DNA from: an uncultured bacterium | GTDB taxonomy: Bacteria; Omnitrophota; Gorgyraeia; Ghiorseimicrobiales; Ghiorseimicrobiaceae | Assembly (NCBI GenBank): GCA_913009335.1 | Contig: CAJVXN010000002.1 | Span: 11,981 to 75,980 of the forward strand | Reading direction: 5' to 3' | DNA length: 64,000 nt | Shown: in pieces, positions 1 through 10,014 of the stretch | Layout: the number at the start of each line of letters is the position of its first letter | Position numbering within the stretch: the stretch's first letter is position 1 | Translations under genes and position numbers: made by a program | The notes under the pieces: generated by a model | What the model was told of the DNA's origin: nothing | The model's database searches: none | What the model saw: the letters and a program-made list of their open reading frames with translations, nothing else

Positions 1-271
1 TTTTTATCTTTGATAGTAAATTGCGATATTTTGCTCGTAGCCGTTTTATATCTTTGTATTGCTTAATAATTTTTAGGTCAACTTTCTTGCCTTGATAAAT
101 AAATTTTACCCTACCCTTTTCTCTTAAGACAATGTAATAGTACTCATGATTTTTAATTTTCTTTTTAATAAGGCTTCCTTTAGGGAACTTGCTTAGCTCT
201 TCTTCGTACTTTTTTTGAATTTTAAGAGAGTTTTCTAATTCTTCTTTTAGAACTGGTTTAATTGCCATCAT
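1..271 (-). CDS. Small basic hypothetical protein, runs off the window edge (not in ORF track)
   Basis: Hand translation MMAIKPVLKEELENSLKIQKKYEEELSKFPKGSLIKKKIKNHEYYYIVLREKGRVKFIYQGKK...; open to position 1; the PKGSL..K....YYY..R..G.V.F.Y.GK pattern resembles small proteins often found next to nucleotidyltransferases. Confidence 0.6.
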   Translation of the reverse strand, partial: MMAIKPVLKEELENSLKIQKKYEEELSKFPKGSLIKKKIKNHEYYYIVLREKGRVKFIYQGKKVDLKIIKQYKDIKRLRAKYRNLLSKIK

Positions 272-613
272 TGATCCTTTCTAAGTTTACCACACAACTA
301 TGTTCTATTAATATATAATGTATGGTAACAGATGTCAAATAAAAAATACCATACAAGTAGTATTATTTAAGGTACTGTATGGTATAGTACTGCATGGTAT
401 GGCGTATGCGCAATGTAAGTATATTGCCTTAAAATTTAATCCTAATAGTGCTTTCTTGGATTTTTTTAGTGTTGTTCTGTGGTGTGTTGGCTGATTGGCT
501 ATGGGGGTCAATTAGCGCTTTCTTTGGTATTAGACATGGAGAAAGTTTCTGGTTCCTTAGATAACCTTACATTTCCGCATTGCGGAAATGTAAGGTTATC
601 TTGGTTAAGGGTA

Positions 614-1525
614 TTAACTCTTTGTAATTAAGCTATTTATGTTTTTACCCAGTATTTTATCTTTATCAACTTCCTCTATATTAAGGCTTTTGACTGTATC
701 GATGGATGCGTTAATATTTATGTTGGCTGGATAGTCTGAACCCCAGAGTATTCTATCCTGTGAGAAGAATTCAAGCGCGAGGTTAAATAATGAGGCTGAT
801 TTTACTCCACTGGTATCTACATATACATTGCTTAAGATATCGGTTGGGTTTTTACCTAAATCTTTTACAAATCCCCTGCTACGTAACATGTGATATGTGG
901 AATCAAATCTATCTTTTAAAAATGGTGTTACGCCCGCAAAATGCGCAAAAACGAATTTGACATTAGGGAATTTCCTAAAGGTTCCGGACATCATCATTTT
1001 CCCCAGGCACATTGTTATATCAAACAAAAATTCTATTACCGGCATAAGCAGTGGATCTTTTACCCGCTCAAAACCAATAGGGTTTGATATTTGCGAGTGT
1101 ACGAAAACAGGAAGATTTAAGTTTTCTGCTTCCTTATATATAGGGTGAAACGCCTCTTCGTCTAAGAATTTACCTTCAAAACTTGATGCAAGCGATATTG
1201 CGTCTAATCCCAGGTCTTTAATATGCGCAAGTTCGTTAATCATTGCGTCATTATTATCTATGGGTAAGATGCCTGCTGTAATGAAGCGGCCGGGGTGATT
1301 TTTGCTAGTCTTTGCGATTTCCTCGTTGTAGATAGCACTTACTTTGTCTCTTCCTCTCATATTTAGATGCGCATCACTTGTGGGATATAGGAGAACGGAT
1401 TTTTCAATGCCTGCCTCATCCATTGCCTTAAGCTGCGCGGTAATATCTGACCAGCGTACCTTAAAGAAGGTGGTGTTTTGCGCAATTTTATTAGGAAGCC
1501 AATGTGAATGACTATCAATAATCAT
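614..1525 (-). CDS. Amidohydrolase_2 family protein (ACMSD / aromatic-acid decarboxylase-like)
   Basis: N-terminal IIDSHSH metal motif, VFVH, FAHFAG, ILWGSDYP. Confidence 0.85.
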   Translation of the reverse strand: MIIDSHSHWLPNKIAQNTTFFKVRWSDITAQLKAMDEAGIEKSVLLYPTSDAHLNMRGRDKVSAIYNEEIAKTSKNHPGRFITAGILPIDNNDAMINELAHIKDLGLDAISLASSFEGKFLDEEAFHPIYKEAENLNLPVFVHSQISNPIGFERVKDPLLMPVIEFLFDITMCLGKMMMSGTFRKFPNVKFVFAHFAGVTPFLKDRFDSTYHMLRSRGFVKDLGKNPTDILSNVYVDTSGVKSASLFNLALEFFSQDRILWGSDYPANININASIDTVKSLNIEEVDKDKILGKNINSLITKS

Positions 1526-1552
1526 TAGTGTCCCCTTATCTTTATTATTCTC

Positions 1553-2164
1553 CTACTGGGTCTTAATTAGTTCTACATTATCAACGTAAAATGTGCCTTT
1601 AGCCTTAGCAATAGGCTCAAACTGATAGCTTTTGACAGGAAAGTCTATTATTCCGTTTACATCAGCTGTTGCCGGCTGCCAGTCACTTCTTGCGAAAAAG
1701 TCCTTTAGGGGACAAACGATTTGTTTCCAACCACTAAAGTCGTCCGTAAATATAAATCGCCACATCTCGTCCGTATTATCTTTAATGTCTATGGAAACCC
1801 TTGTTTTTGAATTACTCCCGTATATATAGAATGAAAAAGCATCGAAATTATTCCATTTTATCTTTGTGTGTTTAACCAGCCAGCTTGAATTTTTAGCATC
1901 TAGTTCGAATCCTCTGGCAATCCACATATATCCCCCGCCTATCGCGTCATAGGCAATCTTAAGTGATTGATTCCCTTGATATTTTATATCTTTGCTTGCT
2001 GTAACATCAACTGATGAGCCTTCTCCTGAGCCAAAATCAACGGTGCCTTTAGCTCCTCCGGATATTTCTCCTTCAAAATCATCAATTAATAAAGATTTAT
2101 TTTGAGCGCAGGAACTAATCCCTACGCATAATATAAGTACTAAAATTAAATTTACCGCTTTCAT
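1553..2164 (-). CDS. Lipoprotein with CBM11-like carbohydrate-binding domain
   Basis: Lipobox ISSC; LLIDDFEG, W..FDAFSFYIYG, DDFSGWKQI, YVDNVEL. Confidence 0.7.
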   Translation of the reverse strand: MKAVNLILVLILCVGISSCAQNKSLLIDDFEGEISGGAKGTVDFGSGEGSSVDVTASKDIKYQGNQSLKIAYDAIGGGYMWIARGFELDAKNSSWLVKHTKIKWNNFDAFSFYIYGSNSKTRVSIDIKDNTDEMWRFIFTDDFSGWKQIVCPLKDFFARSDWQPATADVNGIIDFPVKSYQFEPIAKAKGTFYVDNVELIKTQ

Positions 2165-2210
2165 CTGTCTTAACTCCTTTCAGTATATTATAAAATTATT
2201 AATAGTTGAG

Positions 2211-2990
2211 TTATTTATCCGGGTGAGCTTGCTTAAACGGTATTACGGGTTTTGTCCATGGAGTTTGTTGATTAATTACCGATATCTCCAACGGGCAGAC
2301 ATTTGCCGGTACATTTAAGGCAAATATAATGGCATCTTCTATCGCCTTTGTCGTCATGAGCCGTGATGTGTCTCCGGTTATTTCTTTTAATTTTCCTGTA
2401 AGGTCAGTATCTGTTACGCCGGGAAGAATCGAGGTTACTTTTATTCCGTGATCGCGCATTTCCCAGAAAAGCCCTTTGCAGAACGCGCGTAATCCAACTT
2501 TTAGCGAGCTGTAAACAATAAAGTTACGCGGTAAGGGGTCACACAGGGTTGAGCCTGAAACCATATTGATAATCGCGCCCGATTTATTCGCTATCATATC
2601 GTTTATTACAAGGCGGATTAGACGTACGTATCCAAGATAGTTCGTATGGGCAAGCCTTTCAAAATCCTCGATAGGTTGTTTCTCAAACGGCGATTGACTG
2701 GATACGCCGGCGTTATTGATTAGAATATCAAGCTTTCCGTATTTTTTTTTGGTTTTATTATATAGATTTTCAAGATCAGCTAATTTTGTAACATCGGTTC
2801 TCACGGCGAGTACCTCTACCTTATGAGTTTTTCTTATTTCATCCGCTGTTTGATTAAGCGGTCCTTCGCTACGTGCCGCAAGAGTTAAGTTTATTCCTTC
2901 ACGGGCAAGTGCTATAGCTATTGCTTTACCTATACCTCTGCTTGATCCTGTTATGATTGCGCTTTTGCCTTTTAAATCGCTCATATTCAC
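2211..2990 (-). CDS. SDR oxidoreductase, probable polyketide ketoreductase / tailoring reductase
   Basis: TGSSRGIG, NNAG, YSSLK (YxxxK); lies in the PKS operon. Confidence 0.85.
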   Translation of the reverse strand: MNMSDLKGKSAIITGSSRGIGKAIAIALAREGINLTLAARSEGPLNQTADEIRKTHKVEVLAVRTDVTKLADLENLYNKTKKKYGKLDILINNAGVSSQSPFEKQPIEDFERLAHTNYLGYVRLIRLVINDMIANKSGAIINMVSGSTLCDPLPRNFIVYSSLKVGLRAFCKGLFWEMRDHGIKVTSILPGVTDTDLTGKLKEITGDTSRLMTTKAIEDAIIFALNVPANVCPLEISVINQQTPWTKPVIPFKQAHPDK

Positions 2991-4114
2991 CCCTCTATTT
3001 TTAATAATTTTTTTGATGATAGTGATAAAATTAATAAGGCTACTCCCACGCCTATAAAAGTAAATGCGAAACTTTTCTGCATCATAAATCCTCCCAGGGC
3101 AGCCCCTACCCCGCCTGCTAAGAAACGCACCGAACTGTTTAAGCTGGCAATTTCCTGTGTATATAATTTTGGCAGGTCCGTTAGATAGGTTGAGAGGCCC
3201 GAATGATTAATTGTCCAGCCTAATCCCCAAGCAAACATAATCAGCCCAATGAACAATATTTTATTAGTAATGGATAAAGAAATAAGCGCTATTCCCATAA
3301 TCAGCGCTCCGGCTGAAAGAGTAACCAGGCGTCCTTTTTTATCGGAAGATATCCCTCCGAAGAATTCCCCAAAAATACCGGCAAAGCTTACTAATGTAAG
3401 CAGCATGCTGATGGTAAATTTCGAAAATTCATGCTCAATATGGAAATATACTCCCATCCATTGGCGAACTAAATGATATAGCAGGCTTATAAAAAAGATA
3501 TAAATAAACACTCGCAGTATCTTTTGGTTTTTAAATGCCTGGATGTATCTTGATTTATGCCCGTCAGTTTCGATATTGACTTTTTCAAATAGCAGTAAAA
3601 CTAAAATTGCTGTGACAGCGGCAAGCATCGCCGGAATGAGGAATATAAATCGCCACTTAATTATTCCGGTTAAAAATAATCCGCATAGTGAAGATATAAA
3701 CGTGATACTAAAAAATGTTCCTACGGCCTTCCCTCGATTTTTAGCCTCAAAGGTATGCGAGATGTAAATTAAAGCTAGAGGTATTACAGCTGAGGCAAAA
3801 ATACCAGACATGATGCGGAAAATAAATAGGCTGTTTAACCCTCCAGCAACAGATGAGAAAAAGCTAAATACCGAAAATAGACTTAAGACTACAACTAAAA
3901 TATGCTTTATATCGACTCTGCGCGATAGCGGGCCATAAAAAAGAGCGCATGCCCCATAGGGTATCATATAGGCCCAGATGATTCTACCTGCCGCAAAATC
4001 TGATACATCCATTGTTTTTGCAACGGATGGTATAAGTGCCGATATTGCGGCAACATTAAAAGAAATAATAGTTCCTAGTAGGCAAAAAATCCAGTAGTTG
4101 GTTTTTCTAAGCAT
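2987..4114 (-). CDS. MFS transporter (probable exporter)
   Basis: About 12 hydrophobic helices; MFS motif-A-like GPLSRRVD and GISSDKKGR. Confidence 0.85.
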   Translation of the reverse strand: MLRKTNYWIFCLLGTIISFNVAAISALIPSVAKTMDVSDFAAGRIIWAYMIPYGACALFYGPLSRRVDIKHILVVVLSLFSVFSFFSSVAGGLNSLFIFRIMSGIFASAVIPLALIYISHTFEAKNRGKAVGTFFSITFISSLCGLFLTGIIKWRFIFLIPAMLAAVTAILVLLLFEKVNIETDGHKSRYIQAFKNQKILRVFIYIFFISLLYHLVRQWMGVYFHIEHEFSKFTISMLLTLVSFAGIFGEFFGGISSDKKGRLVTLSAGALIMGIALISLSITNKILFIGLIMFAWGLGWTINHSGLSTYLTDLPKLYTQEIASLNSSVRFLAGGVGAALGGFMMQKSFAFTFIGVGVALLILSLSSKKLLKIEG

Positions 4115-4117
4115 TTA

Positions 4118-4239
4118 CCCCGTTAGAGATAGGTCGTCTTTAGACGACCGTCTATCTATCGTAAAATTAGTTGATAAAGCTTGCGTTTCTATAATTGTTA
4201 ATCCCGTTTGATATGCCTTAGGCGTTATCTCTAACGGGG
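4118..4239. mobile_element. MITE family A copy 1
   Basis: TIR CCCCGTTAGAGATA...TATCTCTAACGGGG; TTTA duplicated on both sides; internal hairpin GGTCGTC-TTTA-GACGACC. Confidence 0.85.
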
Positions 4240-4685
4240 TTTACCTTCGCGTTCGCCTCTTTTTCTATTATGTCTTTAAAGATCTTTAGGTTTTCCTGTG
4301 AATGTTTATTTATAAATCCTTCTACCTGCTTGTCATTGTATTTGGCTTTTTTGTCCATGGTGAAGTGTTGTATCCATGTCATGATTACACCGTCGTTAAC
4401 GGGGGTGTAGAGCCAGATGATTTTCATGTATTCAAACGGAAATTTTGGGTCTTTTTTTTCAGCGTAGGCTAGATGATTATCACGAAATAGCAGGCGAAAT
4501 GATTGCCAGGAGTTTCCTTCGTCGTCTGTTAGGCGAAAAGTAAGCTTATTCCCCTCTTTTTTTAAAATCGCGGCCTCTTTATATTCTGAGCCAAATAGTT
4601 CCGTCCATCGGGGAATATCGTTTGAAATATCAAATATTGTTTCATAAGGCGCGTTAATCAATATGGAATTGCTTGTGTGTCCCAT
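4218..4685 (-). CDS. Polyketide aromatase/cyclase (TcmN/WhiE-like START/SRPBCC fold)
   Basis: HTSNSILINAP...W.ELF..EY...FRLT...W.S.R...PF.YM.I.W...MTW.Q.F matches monodomain ARO/CYC; the last residues NPVRDNA come from the MITE TIR. Confidence 0.9.
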   Translation of the reverse strand: MGHTSNSILINAPYETIFDISNDIPRWTELFGSEYKEAAILKKEGNKLTFRLTDDEGNSWQSFRLLFRDNHLAYAEKKDPKFPFEYMKIIWLYTPVNDGVIMTWIQHFTMDKKAKYNDKQVEGFINKHSQENLKIFKDIIEKEANAKVNPVRDNA

Positions 4686-4723
4686 GTTTTCTCCCTTCGG
4701 TCGAAAAGTTTACAGTTAACAGT

Positions 4724-5521
4724 TTACAAAGTTGCTATCACTCTTGCCCAGGCAGCGCCGGTTTTACGAATTTTTACCGGGAGACAATGCACTTTAAATC
4801 CGTGATCAGGTAATTTATGCAGGCCGCCTAATCTTTCGATATGTATAAATTCTCGCTTTCTTCCGTAAAAATGCGCCGGCCAAAGTACGCTGGGGTCGTT
4901 ATTCTTCATAAATTCCTTTATCATGAATTGATACGGCCTGTCTATTCCCATAGTATCAACACCGAAAATTTTAATACCATTATCTAAAAGATAGTCGATT
5001 GCCGATATATCTACTGCCGGATAATCGGAAAAATAATCTTTACTGCCGAATAGCTTATCCCTTCCGGTAAAAAGCAAAACAATATCCAGCGGCTTTAGCC
5101 GGTAATTTATTCTTTTTAATTCGTCCTGGACGTCTTTCTTTGTGATTGTTTCCCCTGATTTTTTATGGTAGAAGTTAAGCCGCACACCATCTGAGATGCA
5201 CCATTCTAAAGGAATTTGATCAGATGTCTTCGATGCTCTTCCTTCGGATTTGCTTCCGTAATGATAGGAGTAATCAAGGTGGGTTCCAATGTGTACCGGT
5301 GAATGTACCACTTCAAGAGATAGGAATTCTTCATCGGGTAGGTCGTTCTTTTTTATAATGCGTTTACCCAGTAGATACTTTATTTTTCCGGATAAACTTT
5401 TACAAAGTAGGACCTTGTTTAGTTTTTCAATACCGTCTTTATGAGATACGCGGGTGATATGCATATCGTGTACTTCAAAGGCTGTATCGTCAATTGCAAG
5501 GCTTAAGTCTATAATTTTCAT
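4724..5521 (-). CDS. Cyclase family protein (kynurenine formamidase-like polyketide cyclase)
   Basis: IIDLS, HIGTHLD..YHY (HxGTHxD), IPLEW, GVDTMGID, WPAH, HIE.L, GAAWAR. Confidence 0.9.
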   Translation of the reverse strand: MKIIDLSLAIDDTAFEVHDMHITRVSHKDGIEKLNKVLLCKSLSGKIKYLLGKRIIKKNDLPDEEFLSLEVVHSPVHIGTHLDYSYHYGSKSEGRASKTSDQIPLEWCISDGVRLNFYHKKSGETITKKDVQDELKRINYRLKPLDIVLLFTGRDKLFGSKDYFSDYPAVDISAIDYLLDNGIKIFGVDTMGIDRPYQFMIKEFMKNNDPSVLWPAHFYGRKREFIHIERLGGLHKLPDHGFKVHCLPVKIRKTGAAWARVIATL

Positions 5522-5764
5522 TTAGCTAAGCTTTGATCGTATGATGCTGACAATTTCATTGATTGAGTTAAGCTTTGTTACTTCCTTTGCGGATATCTGG
5601 GTATCAAAAGCTTTAGAAAGGGCAATTACAACCTCCACCATTTCTGTTGAATCTACTCCCAGACTATCGTATAGTTTTCCCTCTGGTTTTAGCTCTTCGG
5701 GTTTAACCCCCAGACTTTTAACTATAGTATCGTTTATTTTTTGTTGTATTTCGGCTGTTTCCAT
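5522..5764 (-). CDS. Acyl carrier protein
   Basis: 80 aa; LGVDSTEMVE phosphopantetheine motif. Confidence 0.9.
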   Translation of the reverse strand: METAEIQQKINDTIVKSLGVKPEELKPEGKLYDSLGVDSTEMVEVVIALSKAFDTQISAKEVTKLNSINEIVSIIRSKLS

Positions 5765-5858
5765 ATTGTACCCCTTTTTTCCTATAATTATCGTATAACT
5801 TTACATTTCCACCTTGTTAAAATGTAAAGTTATTTTAATTATCCTCTATTTTCCAATA

Positions 5859-7319
5859 TTAAATATGCACTTCTCCCTTTGTTGCTCCTGCCTCCCATTT
5901 GTCTACACCGCGCATTACATCCTTAAAGCAAAGCTTTGCCAGTTCGTCAAAATCGCTTTCCAGGATTCTATGGATTCTTCCCGGTTTTGAAAAGAATTCG
6001 CGCATACACCATGAACCGAGTTCGCCCAATTGCTGTATTGAGAGGTGATTTGTCGGCATGACAGGATGCAGAAAATCCCATTTTAGGAAATCAATTTTTT
6101 CAGGCTCAATCCAGTTTTTCTTCATGCCCATTCTCCACATTGGAGAATTTGGAGAGGGTGTTACATAGCCTATCCATAAGATATCAGGGTCGACTTGATC
6201 GGTAAATTCGTATCTTTGTTTTATGATCTGTTCATTGTCGTCTTCAAAACCCATCATTATATCGGCAACAACTGCGATATTGTGCTTGCGTAGTATATCG
6301 ATTGTCTTTTTAATTTGATCAATAGTGATTCCCTTGGCTATTTTTTTCAATTCCTCGGGGGTGGTTACTTCAATACCGAATACACCGGTAAAAAGTCCTG
6401 TTTCTTTCATTAGCGGCAGTATGGGTTCGCAGTTTATCCAGTCGATTGCCCTTCCTAATGATACCCATTTAATGGGATTGTTGTGCGCTTTTTTCAGTTC
6501 ACAGAATTTACGCACTCTTTCAGGATTAGTATTAAAATTATCGTCCTGAAGAACTACTACCTGTACGCCATATTTTTTATGTAAGAGATCAAATTCTTCC
6601 ATTACGCGCTCAGGTGATTTTGCCCGCCATTTTAAGAAGTCTGAAGGGCTCCTGGGGTCATATTGGTCCCATTCATAGCAGAATGTACATGCTGAAGGGC
6701 ATCCGCGGGATGTAACCATATCTACAAATGGTTTCCAGTGTGTATGTCCGACGTATTTATCCATGGGGAATAAATCGTACGCGGGAAGCGGGAGTTTGTC
6801 TAGGTCCATGTTAAGCGGTCTATATGGCCCCATTACAGCTTTGCCATCTACTCTTGCAGCAACTCCGGCTACCTTTGATATATCTTTGTTTTTATCGATT
6901 GCGGCAATCAGGTCGCCGAATGCTTCCTCTTCCGACATAACTATGTAATCAACTGCCGGGTTGGCGTCCAATGTCTGTGTGGGCATTGCTGAATACCACA
7001 GGCCTCCTAATATTATTTTTACCTTAGGCAGAGTTGCTTTTATTTGTTTGGCTGCTTTATTGAAATGCGCAACTACCGCATAACCTCCGTAGGAATGAAG
7101 CTGTTCACCCATAACTATTAAATCAGGATTTTTCTCTTTTATTTTTTCGAGCATTTCATCCATTTCGATTTCGAGGGCCTTGCAGTCTAGAACTTCTAGA
7201 TCTTCATATCCGTTTTCTCTGATAAATGCTGCCCAGTGCGCGTATAATTGATTAGGCGAAACATGTTTTCCGTGTGTTGCCCATGAACCTACTTTTGGCA
7301 TAACAAATAAAATCTTCAT
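5859..7319 (-). CDS. Cobalamin-binding-domain radical SAM enzyme (BchE/class B-like)
   Basis: N-terminal B12-binding-like domain (IILGG), TSRGCPSACTFC CxxxCxxC motif, DDNF. Confidence 0.9.
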   Translation of the reverse strand: MKILFVMPKVGSWATHGKHVSPNQLYAHWAAFIRENGYEDLEVLDCKALEIEMDEMLEKIKEKNPDLIVMGEQLHSYGGYAVVAHFNKAAKQIKATLPKVKIILGGLWYSAMPTQTLDANPAVDYIVMSEEEAFGDLIAAIDKNKDISKVAGVAARVDGKAVMGPYRPLNMDLDKLPLPAYDLFPMDKYVGHTHWKPFVDMVTSRGCPSACTFCYEWDQYDPRSPSDFLKWRAKSPERVMEEFDLLHKKYGVQVVVLQDDNFNTNPERVRKFCELKKAHNNPIKWVSLGRAIDWINCEPILPLMKETGLFTGVFGIEVTTPEELKKIAKGITIDQIKKTIDILRKHNIAVVADIMMGFEDDNEQIIKQRYEFTDQVDPDILWIGYVTPSPNSPMWRMGMKKNWIEPEKIDFLKWDFLHPVMPTNHLSIQQLGELGSWCMREFFSKPGRIHRILESDFDELAKLCFKDVMRGVDKWEAGATKGEVHI

Positions 7320-7333
7320 TTTTCTTCCTCCTT

Positions 7334-8566
7334 TTATTTATTCTTTTCGATTATCAGCGCTGAATTTATCCCGCCTCTACCGCGCGAGATTATAAGCGCC
7401 TTATTTATTTTATGCTCACTTGCCTCTTTTTTAATGTAATTTAATCCGTCAGGATCAGGATTATCTAGATTTATCGTTGGGGGAATTAAGCTGTTTTGCA
7501 TTGCCAGTATTGTAATGATTAAGTCTATCGCTCCGGAAGCGCCCAGTAAATTCCCAAACATCGATTTTGGACAACTAGCAGGTATGTCTTTTGATCTTTT
7601 ACCAAATACTTCTTTTATTGCCGCGGTCTCACCTTTATCCCAAATATCAATTGCCAAACCATCCAGGCTTATGTAATCTATGTCTTTTGGATTTGCTTTC
7701 GCGTTAATTAAAGCTGTTTTTATTGCTCTGGCAAGTTGAACTCCTTTGGCATCAGGGGTAATTCTGTTTTGTCCGTCACAATTTGAGGCATATCCTGATA
7801 TTACAGCGTTTATATCAGCGCCTCTTTTTGTAGCGCGCGCGAGGCTTTCTAAGACCATTATTCCTGCGCCTTCGCCGATTACGAAGCCGGATTTTTCTTT
7901 ATCAAATGGCCTATAAGCGCCTGGAGGGTTTTGATTGTTTTCGGATAGCCCGCCATAAGTGTTGCAGCACAAAAGAGCATAGGGTGTAACAGGCGCCTCC
8001 ATGCCTCCGGCAAGTATCATATTCAGCTTGCCTTTACTTAAGGTTTTATTTGCGTATCCTATTGCTTCAAGAGAACTTGCTCTATCAGCAACGATAGTTT
8101 TAGAGAATCCCTTTATGCCGTAATATATAGATACTTGTCCTTGCGGAGCTGCCGGAAACCAGGCTGATGCCATATAGGGTGATACACCATCACGGCCCTC
8201 AATATACATATCTCTTAATTCTGTTTCCGCGTATAACCATCCGCCTAACGCATTGCCCAGGAATATTCCTACAAGATTAGGGTCCTCTTTGGCTATGTCA
8301 ATTCCCGCATCTTTTAAAGCAAGCTCTGAAGCGATTAGCGCCATATGCGAAAAAGCATCTATTTTTTTAAGTAGTCGCTCGGAAACATGTGAATATTTTT
8401 CAAGTTCCTCGATTTGTCCGGCAATATGTGACGGGTACTTTGAACTATCAAAGCGCGTGATTTCTTTAACAAAAGATCTCCCTGCTTTAATATTTGCCCA
8501 GAATTGTCTTTTGCCTATGCCGCTTGGGGCAACTACTCCTAATCCCGTAATTGCGATTTTTTCCAT
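7334..8566 (-). CDS. Type II PKS chain-length factor (KSbeta)
   Basis: Ketosynthase fold without the catalytic Cys (IVADRASSL); SPYMASAWF...GQVSI CLF-like motif; ends RGRGGINSA. Confidence 0.9.
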   Translation of the reverse strand: MEKIAITGLGVVAPSGIGKRQFWANIKAGRSFVKEITRFDSSKYPSHIAGQIEELEKYSHVSERLLKKIDAFSHMALIASELALKDAGIDIAKEDPNLVGIFLGNALGGWLYAETELRDMYIEGRDGVSPYMASAWFPAAPQGQVSIYYGIKGFSKTIVADRASSLEAIGYANKTLSKGKLNMILAGGMEAPVTPYALLCCNTYGGLSENNQNPPGAYRPFDKEKSGFVIGEGAGIMVLESLARATKRGADINAVISGYASNCDGQNRITPDAKGVQLARAIKTALINAKANPKDIDYISLDGLAIDIWDKGETAAIKEVFGKRSKDIPASCPKSMFGNLLGASGAIDLIITILAMQNSLIPPTINLDNPDPDGLNYIKKEASEHKINKALIISRGRGGINSALIIEKNK

Positions 8567-8571
8567 ATTTA

Positions 8572-8695
8572 CCCCGTTAGAGATAGGTCATCTTTAGATG
8601 ACCGTATGTTAAACTAAACTTATTAAACTAAACTTGTTTTTTTATAATTATCTGTTTTCCCGTTATCAATGATGGTGTTGGTATCTCTAACGGGG
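8572..8695. mobile_element. MITE family A copy 2
   Basis: Same TIRs; TTTA TSD; hairpin GGTCATC-TTTA-GATGACC; sits between the AAGGA SD and the ATG of the CLF gene. Confidence 0.85.
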
Positions 8696-8707
8696 TTTAA
8701 TTCCTTG

Positions 8708-9967
8708 TTATTCAAATCTCCTTAGCACTAAAGATGAATGTACTCCGGAGAATCCGCTACTTGTTTTTAATATTGTATTTACCTTTTGTTTTCGGGCAAC
8801 GTTCGCGATATAGTCAAGGTCGCACTTTGGATCGCGTTCATCCTGGTTTATCGTCGGCGGCAGGATATTATTTTGGAATATCATGGCGCAAATTACAAGC
8901 TCTATTGCGTTTGCCGCGGCCAATGGATGGCCGATCATTGATTTTAGTGAACTAGAAGGTATCTTGTAGGCATAATCACCGAATACCATCTTATAAGCAT
9001 CGGTTTCAAATACGTCGTTCATGCGTGTGGAAGAGCCATGAGCGTTGATATGATCTACTTCAGTGGGTTTTATCCCTGAATCTTTTAATGCTAAATTTAT
9101 GCAGTTTGCCATGGACGTGCCGTCACCCGGCAAGTCTGTCATATGAAACGCATTGCAGCTTGTACCAAATCCTAAAATCTCCGCGTAGATAGGCGCGCTT
9201 CTTTTTTTAGCGTGATCTAATTCTTCCAGGATTAGAATGCCCGCGCCTTCGGATAAAACAAAGCCATCGCGTTTGTTGTCAAATGGACGGCTGGCAGCTT
9301 CGGGGTTATCATTTTTAACAGATAAAACATTTACTACATCAAAGGCCCCGAATGTTATAGGTGTAATGGGTGCCTCGGATGCTCCGGCAATCATTATATC
9401 TGCTTCGTTATCCTGTATCAATTCTAAGGCGTATCCTAATGAGTCTGTTCCGGCTGTACATCCTGTTGAAATGGTGTTACATACACCTTTTAATCCGTAT
9501 TTTGCCGAGAGTTCTATTGAAGGGGTATTAAACATAGATGCGTCATAAAGATCTGGCCGTACCTTGGATGGGTCAATTGGATTCTTGCCATTGTCGGTAA
9601 CCATGGCAAATTCCTCTTCCATGTATTTTGTGCCGCATATCGCATTGGCAAGAGATACTCCTATGCGTTCAGGGTTCTCTTTTGGGAAATCAAGAGCGGA
9701 ATCCTCGATGGCCATCTTAGCTGATGCAACAGCAAACTGAACGTATCTATCCATACGCATTACGTCTTCATGTGTTAGTCCTAATTTAAACGGATCAAAA
9801 TCACGCGCTTCAGCAGCAATCTTGGTATTAAAAATCGATACATCAAAACCGTCTACTAATTTTACGGCTGATTTTCCCGATATGAATGCCTGGTATGCGT
9901 TATCTTTTCCTATGCCATTTGGGGAGATAACCCCAATTCCAGTTATAACTACGCGTCGTTTCTTCAT
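8708..9967 (-). CDS. Type II PKS ketosynthase alpha
   Basis: RRVVITGIG, ISTGCTAGTD active site (aromatic-KS-like STGCT), INAHGSST, KSMIGH, KTSSGFSG. Confidence 0.92.
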   Translation of the reverse strand: MKKRRVVITGIGVISPNGIGKDNAYQAFISGKSAVKLVDGFDVSIFNTKIAAEARDFDPFKLGLTHEDVMRMDRYVQFAVASAKMAIEDSALDFPKENPERIGVSLANAICGTKYMEEEFAMVTDNGKNPIDPSKVRPDLYDASMFNTPSIELSAKYGLKGVCNTISTGCTAGTDSLGYALELIQDNEADIMIAGASEAPITPITFGAFDVVNVLSVKNDNPEAASRPFDNKRDGFVLSEGAGILILEELDHAKKRSAPIYAEILGFGTSCNAFHMTDLPGDGTSMANCINLALKDSGIKPTEVDHINAHGSSTRMNDVFETDAYKMVFGDYAYKIPSSSLKSMIGHPLAAANAIELVICAMIFQNNILPPTINQDERDPKCDLDYIANVARKQKVNTILKTSSGFSGVHSSLVLRRFE

Positions 9968-10014
9968 AATTATTCAGTAACCCTATATGTTTTTCCAAAA
10001 ATATAAATATAAAG

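Noticed and set aside
165-195. Possible frameshift in the edge ORF
   Set aside because: Re-reading gives AAG TTC CCT AAA GGA AGC, which is in frame
4118-4239. Integron attC interpretation of the GTTAGAG/CTCTAAC repeats
   Set aside because: Box order is the reverse of attC, there are 4-bp TSDs, the flanking genes are operonic, and no integrase is present
4218-9967. Ladderane or ordinary fatty-acid synthase cluster
   Set aside because: The Cys-less CLF, the STGCT KS motif and two aromatic cyclases indicate an aromatic type II PKS; there are no FabZ-type dehydratases
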